Source of the DNA: Vicinamibacteria bacterium
Lineage (GTDB): Bacteria; Acidobacteriota; Vicinamibacteria; Marinacidobacterales; Marinacidobacteraceae
NCBI GenBank assembly: GCA_965116805.1
Contig: OZ220713.1
Span: forward strand, 532,942-596,941
Reading direction: 5' to 3'
DNA length: 64,000 nt
This document shows, piece after piece, positions 43,450-52,019 of the stretch (the stretch's first letter is position 1; each line of letters starts with the position of its first letter). The translations under genes were made by a program, and so were the position numbers. The notes under the pieces were generated by a model, which saw nothing but the letters and a program-made list of their open reading frames with translations, was not told the origin of the DNA and did no database searches.

Positions 43450-44560
43450 GCTCCGGTCGATATCCAGGGCCGGCGGGCGGAGCCTTAGGCCGATAACGCC
43501 CAGCTCCGGTCGATATCCGGGGCCGGCGGGCGGAGCCTTAGGTCGATAACGCCAAGCTCCGGTCGATATCCGGGGCCGGCGGGCGGAGCCTTAGGTCGAT
43601 AACGCTGAGCTCCGGTCGATGTCCAAGGCCGGCGGGATGGAGCCTTAGGTCGATAACCCGAGCTCCGGTCGATATCCGGGGTCGGCGGGTTGGAGCCTTA
43701 GGTCGATAACGCCGAGTTCCGGTCGATATCCGGGGTCGGCGGGTTGGAGCCTTAGGTCGATAACGCCGAGTTCCGGTCGATATCCAGCGCCGGCGGACGG
43801 AGCCTTAGGTCGATAACGCCGAACTCCGGTCGATATCTAGGGCCGGCGGGCGGAGCCTTGGGTCGATAACGCCGAACTCCAGTCGATATCCAGGGCCGGC
43901 GGGCGAAGCCTTAGGTCGATATCGCCCAGCTCCGGTGGATATCCGAGCCCGGCGGACAGAAGCTCCGGTCGATAACGCCGAGCTCCGGTCGATATCGAGG
44001 GCCGGCGAGTGCAGGCTCCGGTCGATAACGCCAAGCTCCGCTCCCTTCGCCTCGCGGCCGCCCGGCCGGAAGCAGCCCTCCCTTCAAGGAACACCAGTGC
44101 GCAAAAGTTGGTGTCTCCCAAACTGCGTACAAGTTCGTGTCTCTTGACCATAACGCCGAGCTTGGGTCGATATCGGGGACCAGCGGATGGAAGCTCCGGT
44201 CGATATCCAGGGCCGGCGGGCGGAGCCTTAGGTCGATATCGCCTACCTCCGGTCGATATCCGGGGTCGGCAGGCTCGAGCCTTAGGTCGATATCGCCCAT
44301 TTCCGGTCGATATCCAGGGCCGGCGGGCGAAGCCTTAGGTCGATATCGCCCAGCTCCGGTCGATATCCGAGCCCGGCGGACAGAAGCTCCGGTCGATAAC
44401 GCCGAGCTCCGGTCGATATCCGAGGTCGGCGGGCGGAGCCTTAGGTCGATAACGCCAAGCTCCGGTCGATATCCGAGGTCGGCGGACGAAAGCTCCGGTC
44501 GATATCGCCAACCTCCGGTCGATATCCGAGGTCGGCGGACGAAAGCTCCGGTCGATGACA
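43450..44560. repeat. Non-coding tandem array of about 19 imperfect 53-bp units in two blocks (43450-44040 and 44146-44560)
   Basis: Consensus approximately GCTCCGGTCGATATCCRGGGCCGGCGGGCGGAGCCTTAGGTCGATAACGCCGA; GGTCGATA cores alternate 33 and 20 bp apart. Confidence 0.93.
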
Positions 44561-44587
44561 GCGGTCGGTGAGCGCCGCCGAGCCGCG

Positions 44588-45676
44588 CTACGCGCTGTCG
44601 TCGGGCCAGCCGTCAATCCCCGGGGGCCGACCCGTGGAGCGGTAAGCCTGCTTCGGATGCCTGATCTGGTCGGGAATCGTGCGCTCGACGGCGCCGTCGT
44701 CGACAAGCGCGCTGAGATGGCGCTTGGCGAGATTCGCGGGATCCATCTGCAACAGCAATCCCAGGTCCTCAGAGGTCTGCTCGCCGCACTCGTTCAGGAT
44801 CCTCCAGATGGTGTATCGCAGCACCGCCTTCCGAGGACGCTTGCCCAGCCTGAGGATCTCCCCGCGCAGGCGCTTTGACATCTTCGCGAGCGCGTCGGCG
44901 CGCGGCCCTGGGGGCAGGCCGGGGACGGGGGAGGTGGCCGCCCGGACGGGTTCTGCGGAGCCGCTGGCCGGCGGATCCTCCCGGGACGGTTCCGGTTCGG
45001 ACGGATCTGGCGGAGACGGTTCCGCTGAGGGTGGTGCCGGTGGGGATGGTTCGGGTCCGGACACCTCGTTTGTCGGCGATCCCGCCGCGCCGGGGGAAGC
45101 GGAGGCTTCTTCCCGGCTCGTCGGACCGCCGCGAGTGGATGCACGCGGCTCGTTCGTCCCCGGGCCATCCGGTGTTTCGGTGGCTGACTCCGACCCTGGT
45201 CTGGAAGGCGGCCGCTCCCGTTCGGGCGGGCGTTCGCGGTGTCCGGGCTCGTTTTCCCACATCCTGGGGACGCGCTCCGCCTCGCTGCCGATGCCCAGGA
45301 GCGCGAGCGCGAAGCGGCCGAGCGACCGGCTGCCGTCGGCCAGATGCCCGGCCACCGCGCGGCCCCGGCTTCCGGGCGGAAACGTCCCTTCCAACCGCAC
45401 GCTCAACCGGCTTGCGGCCCCGCGCAACGCCTGAATGATCCTGGCCGTCTTGCGAAGCGTCTCGACCGTGCGGCGGAGCGCCGGACCGCTGTTCGCCCGC
45501 AGCCAGCGGTAGACCTTGCGGACGCCTTTCGCAGTATGCGGCACCCAGAGCCACAGGCGGCGGAGCCGGGGGCGCGGCTTCGAGAGCCAGTCGCGGATGA
45601 GATCGAGACCGAGCGGCTCCTCGGTCGGCGGCTCCTTGGGAGGAGCCGGATCGCCGCGGAGATTGAGTCCTTCCAC
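44588..45676 (-). CDS. Hypothetical protein with Pro/Ser/Glu-rich linker and C-terminal winged-helix (Fic-like C-terminal type) domain
   Basis: C-terminus LGKRPR..LRYTIWRIL...TSEDLGLLLQMDPANLAKRHLSALVDDGAVERTIPDQIRHPKQAYR resembles the wHTH ends of AlbA/RecG-C and Fic proteins. Confidence 0.7.
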   Translation of the reverse strand: MEGLNLRGDPAPPKEPPTEEPLGLDLIRDWLSKPRPRLRRLWLWVPHTAKGVRKVYRWLRANSGPALRRTVETLRKTARIIQALRGAASRLSVRLEGTFPPGSRGRAVAGHLADGSRSLGRFALALLGIGSEAERVPRMWENEPGHRERPPERERPPSRPGSESATETPDGPGTNEPRASTRGGPTSREEASASPGAAGSPTNEVSGPEPSPPAPPSAEPSPPDPSEPEPSREDPPASGSAEPVRAATSPVPGLPPGPRADALAKMSKRLRGEILRLGKRPRKAVLRYTIWRILNECGEQTSEDLGLLLQMDPANLAKRHLSALVDDGAVERTIPDQIRHPKQAYRSTGRPPGIDGWPDDSA

Positions 45677-45901
45677 GAGGGGCGAGCTTACTGGAGCCGG
45701 TCGCCGGTTTTCGTTGGTTTACTGTTCCTTTTTTGAGTGACTTATTTGTAAGTTACGGATGCAATTGACTGATGTAATGACAACACGGCCACCCCTCCGG
45801 GTCTTGGAGACGTGGAGGGATGCGTGTAGGCGGCGGGAGCCCCGGTCGATAGCGCGAAGCTCCTGTCGATTCCGGGGGCCAGCGGACGGAGGCTCCGGTC
45901 G

Positions 45902-46216
45902 ATGACACGGGCGCTCGCGGACACCAGTTCCGATGAGGCGCCCACCTATACTGCGGACGCGCACACCGAGTCCATGGTTCCCGAGACCGCCGCCGCGCAG
46001 GCGCGTCCTATCGTCATAGAAATGCGGCGCGTTGACCAGGAGTGGCACGCACACTTCGGCGAGATGGAGCTGCGACCGGACCCGTTCGCATACGACCCCT
46101 GGGAGGGAGTCCGCAAGCTGGACAAGCTCATCACCCAGATGTGGGTGGTGCTGGCCCTGATGGGCGTGGCACTGATCCTGGCATTCGCCATTCTCGGTCT
46201 CCTGCTGACCCGCTGA
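45902..46216 (+). CDS. Short degenerate paralog of the membrane-anchored coiled-coil family
   Basis: PTYTAD...SMVPETAAAQARPI matches the family head (AYTA..MTSETVAAHTQPI); C-terminal TM ending LLTR. Confidence 0.55.
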   Translation: MTRALADTSSDEAPTYTADAHTESMVPETAAAQARPIVIEMRRVDQEWHAHFGEMELRPDPFAYDPWEGVRKLDKLITQMWVVLALMGVALILAFAILGLLLTR

Positions 46217-46247
46217 CGGCGGCAGGTGTTCCCGATGCCGCCGCCGC

Positions 46248-46336
46248 CCAGATGCGGCTCCTGGTGGCGCGGCCTGGACCTGCTGGTGACCGTCCTGATC
46301 GCGGTCTTCGGCTTCCTCTTCGCGAACACGAACTGA
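46248..46336 (+). pseudogene. Frameshifted fragment of a family C-terminal TM anchor
   Basis: CAGATGCGGCT...CTGATCGCGGTCTTCGGC matches 42806-42886. Confidence 0.55.
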
Positions 46337-46575
46337 ACTGGTCGGGTGTCCCGAGGCGCACCGCGCCGCGTGTGGCTTTGAGCCCTCACGGTGCGGCGGC
46401 TCGGAGCGCCGACCTCTGGTCGGCATCGCCGAGCGCAGCGAGGCAAAACCGCACACCCCCAGGGAGCCGACCGCGGCTCTCACGTCCCCATCGCGCGGTG
46501 CCATCAACACGGGTTGTGCGCTCCCGGGCGATGCTGGCTTGAAGCCGGCGCTCCCCTACGGCCGCCACCGCCCTT

Positions 46576-46646
46576 ACGCACCTTTGCTTCGACTTTTCCA
46601 CATTCCGGCCCCGGGCGGGAAGAAACGGGCCCGAATTCCGTCTAGG
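46576..46646 (+). promoter_or_regulatory. Conserved leader element, copy 3 (orphan, no downstream gene)
   Basis: GCACCTTTGCTTCGAC-TTTTCCACA-N15-GGAAG-N16-CGTCTAG, followed by lower-GC DNA. Confidence 0.65.
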
Positions 46647-46712
46647 GAATGCCCGAGAGCCAATACTGACTCTGTAGCCTGGGTTGATGCCTGGGGATTC
46701 GTAGCTCGCCAC

Positions 46713-47135
46713 TTAAGTCACTAGCTTGTCTTTGTCTTCTGCCTTCAGGATTAGGCTGAACAACTCGCCGACCTCTAGTTCCGAATCGTCGTAACCGAGA
46801 TCGCGCCGCATCTCGCGAACGATGCTGTCGAACGCCCTGAGAACGTCCGGCCCACCCTCTCCTGCGCTCTTCTCCATGTGATTCCACGCCCTGATGACTC
46901 CAGCACTTGCGAAGAGCATCAGTTCGCGCTTGTGTCCCATGATCTTGGCGATATCTCGTGCGGGTATCTCGCTTCGTCCTGAAGCAGAATTCCGACTGAC
47001 AATCTCCATGTAGTCATTGATCGCCTTTCCGTAGACTCGGCGTTTTTCCGGATACAAGCGGCTTTCGATTTCCCTGGCCCTAATCTGATTTTGCTGATGC
47101 CATGCGGCCACCAAGCCACCGAATAATCCCTTCAT
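46713..47135 (-). CDS. Hypothetical protein, lower GC, possibly 5'-truncated
   Basis: 140-aa helical ORF with atypical codon usage downstream of the tmRNA. Confidence 0.65.
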   Translation of the reverse strand: MKGLFGGLVAAWHQQNQIRAREIESRLYPEKRRVYGKAINDYMEIVSRNSASGRSEIPARDIAKIMGHKRELMLFASAGVIRAWNHMEKSAGEGGPDVLRAFDSIVREMRRDLGYDDSELEVGELFSLILKAEDKDKLVT

Positions 47136-47481
47136 GGCTCTCTTTTCCCTTTCGGCTCATCCCTTCTGGGGGAATCCCCGTTAAGACAATAGCCCACTCC
47201 CTTTCCGACTGGAGCCCCCCGTCACCGTGCGGCGGCGCTTGCCGCGCTCTTCGTGGATGACACAGTACGTCGCCATCGTGGCAGTTCCCCTATCGACAAA
47301 GTAAGGGACCAGAAACGGATGTGCCCCTGCCGACAGTTCTCCGCTCTTTCCGGCTGCCCTCGATTGCCGTTACCTCGCCAGACAACTAACAGTGCAAGCG
47401 TCGACTCGTCAACGAAGCGCGGTACTTTCGAGTTGCAACGGTTCTCGCGGAACAGCAGAGAGCAACCAAACTCAGGCCACT

Positions 47482-47852
47482 TGGTGGAGGCGGCGGGAAT
47501 CGAACCCGCGTCCGAAAGCCTTCGACAACGACGTCTACATGCATATCCGGGTTGTGGCGGGAACCCGCGCCCGGAGGCGCCTTTCCCTGCTTCGGCCCCG
47601 CGGCGCATCAACCCGGCGAATCGCGCCGTAGGACCTATCCCTGAGTCTCACCGGCGGCTCGGGAGGACCGCCAGCCAAGCCCGCCTAGTCGACGTCCTTT
47701 CCCGCCCGGCAGGCGTGGTCAGGAAGGACGTGGCTTATGCAGCCAGTGCCAGATCAGTGTTGGCGTTTGTTGTGTTTCCACCGTTTACGGGAGATGGACC
47801 CCCGACATGCAGTCGTTGCTTCATGTACCTTCGTCGAACCCAGTACGCCCCC
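47482..47852 (-). ncRNA. ssrA: tmRNA; tag peptide (A)ANTDLALAA at 47764-47735
   Basis: 5' GGGGGCGTACTGGGTTCGAC; 3' GACGCGGGTTCGATTCCCGCCGCCTCCACCA; internal ORF ending LAA-stop. Confidence 0.96.
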
Positions 47853-48204
47853 TCCTCGCGCGAGTCAAGGCGGCAATTCCGGGGCCGAAAACCGGCCCCG
47901 TATCCCGGTGGGGACAGTTGCCCCGCACTCAGGACCGCGTCGCGAATCGGCTACGATTGTAGCAGCCTGTGATGAGGTCGCGCGGCAGCCAACCGGCGGT
48001 GGATTTCCGGCGGGAGCGGCTCTCCGGTGGGGGGGATGCTGGTGAGCGGATTGGCTTGGGGAGCGTGCTGGGGATGAGAGAGGTGGCGCTATCGGGGCGG
48101 GTTTCGCGGTTGTGCGCGATGGTGGCCGGGGGGCGGCGTTCCGAGGCGGGGGTGCCGTCTCCGCTGGTTGGCTCCGCGCCGAGGCCGGAGCCACCTGGTT
48201 CCGG

Positions 48205-48635
48205 GTGGGGTTACGACGTGCGCGGCGCGGAGCGCCGCGGGTGCCGGTCTGAAGACCGGCGGTCCCGGGCGGGGGTGCTACGGCGGCGATCTGGAGGTTG
48301 GTGGTTCTTGGGTTCGCGGGATGGGGGTGAGGAGGTGGACGTGGTTTCGCCCGCTGCGCGGGCGATGCCGGCCGGAGGCCGGCGCTCCGAGGGGGTGGCG
48401 TCCGGGCGGTCTGGGGGTTGGATATTCCTGCGTTCGCGCGATCGGGGTGAGCAGACATACGCGACTTCGCCCGCCGGGGGCGGGCTGTGCCGGCTGAAGC
48501 CGGCGTTCCAAGCCGGGGGGGCGGTGCCCGCTGGGCGGGCTTCCGGGAGGTGGGCGGCGTGAGGTTGGGTGGAGTTACGACGTGCGCGGCGCGGGGCGCC
48601 GCGCGTGCCGGTCTGAAGACCGGCGGTCCCGGGCG
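48205..48635. repeat. BIME-like mosaic of four REP hairpins with about 120-bp periodicity
   Basis: Hairpins near 48243, 48367, 48488 and 48606; spacer 48291-48331 repeated at 48411-48451. Confidence 0.75.
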
Positions 48636-50847
48636 GGGGTGGCGTGCCGCTCTTGCTGGTGGGGCCTTCGTTGTTCTTGTGGCGATCCCGCTGGGGGCAG
48701 CGGAGGAGTTCTCGGGGATTCCTTGGGAGGCGCTGGAGGAGTTGCCGGATGGGCTGGCGGCGGTGCGGCGGGCGGCGATGGTCGAGTCGCGGGCGGACCG
48801 GCGGGAGGCGTTGGAGGCGATTGCTGATGATGGCGCGGTGTCGGCGCGGGCGCGGGCCGCGGCTTCGTACCGGTTGGGGGCGGATGCGTTGCGGCGGGGG
48901 CGGTGGACGGAGGCGGAGGAGCGGCTGACGGCGCCGGTGCTGACCGACAGCCAGTTGGCGGCGGATGCGTTGCACATCCTGGGGAGGAGCTTGCCGGGGG
49001 TGCGGCGGAGCGACGGGATTGCGCTGCTGCGGCGGGTGGTGGAGGAGTTTCCGGAGTATGGGGACCGGGACCGGCTTCGGTTCGACCTGGGGCGGCGGCT
49101 GGCGCGGGCGGGGGAACGGGAGGAGGCGCTGGTCCATCTGGATGCGGCCGCCGAGGGTGGCTTCACGCTAAGAGGGGAGGCGTTGGCGGCGAAGGCGGCG
49201 GCACTCGAACGGATGGGGCGGCGGGAGGAGGCCGCGCGGACGCTCGAGGTCCTGTACTACGACATGCCGACGCATGGGGAGTCGCTGCCGGCGGGGCGGC
49301 AGCTCTCGAAGCTGTACAAGCGGCGGGACGTCGCGAACCCCTCGGACGCCGAGAAGTACCCGCGGGCGATGCGGCGGGCGGCGGGGTTCGCGCGGGCCGG
49401 GAACCACCGGAAGGCGCACGAGAACTACCTGGAGGTCGCGCGGCGCTTCGCCTCGGCGGCGGACAGCGAGCTGGTGCGGCTGCGGATCGGGGTGGCGGAG
49501 CACCACCGGCGCCGGCTGAGCGCGTCGCTGCGGACCCTGGCGCGGATCAAGCGGCCGGACCTCCTGCCGGAGGCGCTCTACTACCGCGGGGAGTCGCTGC
49601 GGCGGCTGGAGCGGCGGACGACCCAGCAGCGGGTGCTCGAGGAGCTGCTCGGCCTCGAACAGGAACACCCGTTCGGGGAGCGGGCGCTCTACAGCATGGC
49701 GCGCGCGCAGTTGGCGAAGAACGACCGGGTGGCCGCGCTGCCGTATCTGGCGCGGCTGGCGGAGGCGTATCCGACCGGGCAGCACGGGCTGTTCGCCCGC
49801 TGGCACGTGCTCTGGGACCGGTACCGCAACGACGACCTGGACGGGACGGCCGAGGAGTTCGAGCGGGCGGCGCGGGAGAACCCCGGCGACTTCATGGCCG
49901 GCCAGTTCCTGTACTTCGCGGGCCGGTCACGGGAGCGGACGGGGGACCCGGAGGGCGCGGCGGACCTCTACCGGGAGGTCTTCGTCGGCTATCAGCACTC
50001 CTACTACGGGCGGATGGCCGCGGAGCGCCTCGAGGAGATGGGCGGGGAGGAAGCCCTCGTCAACCCGCTGAGCGAGCCGCACCGGCTCCTCGAGCGGTTC
50101 CGGGTGCAGCGGACGGCGGAGGCGGCGCGCGTCGAGGAGCTCTACGCCGCCGGCTACGGCGAGCGGGCCCGGGATGCGGCGCTGGCCGCCGCCCGGCGCG
50201 GACTGCCCGACGACCCGGCGTTCGAGGCGATGCGCGCCTGGCTGCTCGCCGACGACAACAAGGCGGTCCAGGCCATCCAGGCGCTCCGGCGCGCCGCGCC
50301 GTTCCACACCTCCGCCGCCGGGGAGGCCCTGCCCGACGCCTGGTGGCGCATCCTCTACCCGCTGCGCTTCGAGGAGCGGATCCTGGAGCGCTCCGAGCAG
50401 TGGGACCTCGACCCCTACTGGGTCGCGTCGCTCATCCGGCAGGAGTCGGTGTTCGTCCCCCGCACCCGGTCGCCGGTGGGGGCGCGCGGGCTGATGCAGG
50501 TCATGCCGGCGACCGGCCGGGCGCTCGCCCGGCTCGAAGGGGTCAGCTACCGCACCTCGCGGCTCTACGACCCCGGGGTGAGCATCCGCTTCGGGACGCG
50601 CTACCTGCGGCAGCTCCTCGACCGGTTCGCGAGCCGCCCGGAGCTGGCGCTCGCCGGCTACAACGCCGGCCCGCACCGGGTGCGGGACTGGACCGACATG
50701 AACATGAAGATCCCCGCCGAGGTGTTCATCGAGGAGATCCCGTTCACCGAGACGCGCAACTACGTGAAGCTCATCCTGCGGAACGAGAAGATCTACCGCC
50801 GGCTCTACCCCGAACTCGGCAACGCGAAAGCGAAGGCCAACCAGTGA
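48559..50847 (+). CDS. slt: Soluble lytic transglycosylase (Slt70-like) with TPR repeats (start uncertain)
   Basis: SLIRQES.F, SPVGARGLMQVMP.T, ALAGYNAGP, EEIPFTETRNYVK. Confidence 0.9.
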   Translation: MRLGGVTTCAARGAARAGLKTGGPGRGWRAALAGGAFVVLVAIPLGAAEEFSGIPWEALEELPDGLAAVRRAAMVESRADRREALEAIADDGAVSARARAAASYRLGADALRRGRWTEAEERLTAPVLTDSQLAADALHILGRSLPGVRRSDGIALLRRVVEEFPEYGDRDRLRFDLGRRLARAGEREEALVHLDAAAEGGFTLRGEALAAKAAALERMGRREEAARTLEVLYYDMPTHGESLPAGRQLSKLYKRRDVANPSDAEKYPRAMRRAAGFARAGNHRKAHENYLEVARRFASAADSELVRLRIGVAEHHRRRLSASLRTLARIKRPDLLPEALYYRGESLRRLERRTTQQRVLEELLGLEQEHPFGERALYSMARAQLAKNDRVAALPYLARLAEAYPTGQHGLFARWHVLWDRYRNDDLDGTAEEFERAARENPGDFMAGQFLYFAGRSRERTGDPEGAADLYREVFVGYQHSYYGRMAAERLEEMGGEEALVNPLSEPHRLLERFRVQRTAEAARVEELYAAGYGERARDAALAAARRGLPDDPAFEAMRAWLLADDNKAVQAIQALRRAAPFHTSAAGEALPDAWWRILYPLRFEERILERSEQWDLDPYWVASLIRQESVFVPRTRSPVGARGLMQVMPATGRALARLEGVSYRTSRLYDPGVSIRFGTRYLRQLLDRFASRPELALAGYNAGPHRVRDWTDMNMKIPAEVFIEEIPFTETRNYVKLILRNEKIYRRLYPELGNAKAKANQ

Positions 50848-52019
50848 GCGAAACGCTGGCGGCGCGGCGCCGCGGCAGCCGGAAGGCCGCGCAGTTCACC
50901 GAGTCGGTGATCCGGGAGATGACCCGGCTCTCGATGCAGTACGGCGGCGTGAACCTCGCCCAGGGGTTTCCGGACTTCCCGGCCCCCGCCGAGATCAAGG
51001 AAGCGGCCGTCGAGGCCATCCGGCGAGACATCAACCAGTACGCCATCACCTGGGGCGCCAAGTCGCTGCGCGACGCGCTCGCCGAGCGCTACCGGGCGCT
51101 CTACGGCATGGACGTGGACCCCGAGCGCAACTTCACGGTGGCCTGCGGCTCGACCGAGGCCATGATCGCCACGATGCTGGCGGTGGTGGATCCGGGCGAG
51201 GAGGTCATCGTCTTCGAGCCGTTCTACGAGAACTACGGGCCGGACACCATCCTCTCGGGAGCGGTGCCCCGCTACGTCCGCCTCCACGAGCCGGACTGGA
51301 CCTTCGACGAGGACGAGCTGCGCGCCGCCGTCAACGAGCGCACCCGGGCGATCATCGTGAACTCGCCCCAGAACCCGAGCGGGAAGGTGTTCGGCGAGGC
51401 GGAGCTGTCGCGGATCGCGGCGCTCTGCACCGAGCACGACCTGATCGCCTTCACCGACGAGATCTACGAGTTCATCACCTACGACGGCGCCCGGCACATC
51501 CCGATCGCGACGCTGCCGGGGATGGCGGACCGGACGGTGACCATCAGCGGGCTGTCCAAGTCGTACTCGGTCACCGGCTGGCGGGTCGGCTGGACGGTAG
51601 CCAGCGAGGACCTGAGCGCCGCGATCCGCAAGGTGCACGACTTTCTGACGGTGGGCGCGGCCGCTCCCTTGCAGGAGGCGGGGGCGGCGGCCCTGCGGCT
51701 GCCCGAGAGCTACTACGAAGAACTGCGGACGGGATATGAAGAGCGGCGCGACCTCATGGTGGCCGGTCTGACCGAGGTCGGCTTCCGATGTTTCGAGCCC
51801 GGCGGCGCCTACTACGTGATGACGGACATCTCGGACTTCGGCTTCCCGGACGACGTGGCCTTCGCCGAGCACCTAGTGAAGACGGTGGGGGTGGCCGCGG
51901 TGCCGGGGTCGAGCTTCTACGCCGACCCCGCGGCGGGCAGCCAGCGGCTCCGGTTCACCTTCTGCAAGAACCGGGAAACGCTCGTGGAGGCGGTCGAGCG
52001 GCTCCGGCGACTCCGTTGA
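50844..52019 (+). CDS. PLP-dependent aminotransferase class I/II
   Basis: NLAQGFPDF, NSPQNPSGKVF, DEIYE, SGLSKSYSVTGWRVGW. Confidence 0.93.
   Translation: MSETLAARRRGSRKAAQFTESVIREMTRLSMQYGGVNLAQGFPDFPAPAEIKEAAVEAIRRDINQYAITWGAKSLRDALAERYRALYGMDVDPERNFTVACGSTEAMIATMLAVVDPGEEVIVFEPFYENYGPDTILSGAVPRYVRLHEPDWTFDEDELRAAVNERTRAIIVNSPQNPSGKVFGEAELSRIAALCTEHDLIAFTDEIYEFITYDGARHIPIATLPGMADRTVTISGLSKSYSVTGWRVGWTVASEDLSAAIRKVHDFLTVGAAAPLQEAGAAALRLPESYYEELRTGYEERRDLMVAGLTEVGFRCFEPGGAYYVMTDISDFGFPDDVAFAEHLVKTVGVAAVPGSSFYADPAAGSQRLRFTFCKNRETLVEAVERLRRLR

Noticed and set aside
43450-44560. CRISPR or guide-RNA array interpretation
   Set aside because: The segments between conserved cores are variants of one sequence rather than unique spacers, and no cas or nuclease gene is nearby.
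43837-44571. Short ORFs across the array (LSTGA/YRPEL/DIDR repeats)
   Set aside because: The 53-bp period rotates the frame and brings recurrent stops; there are no RBSs, so these are artefacts of the repeat.
45828-45838. AGGCGGCGGGA match to the tmRNA 3' end as a possible att site
   Set aside because: Only 11 bp in very GC-rich DNA and lacks the T-loop portion, so it is probably chance.
47222-47481. Integrase remnant next to the tmRNA
   Set aside because: No recognisable tyrosine or serine recombinase motif in the listed ORFs.
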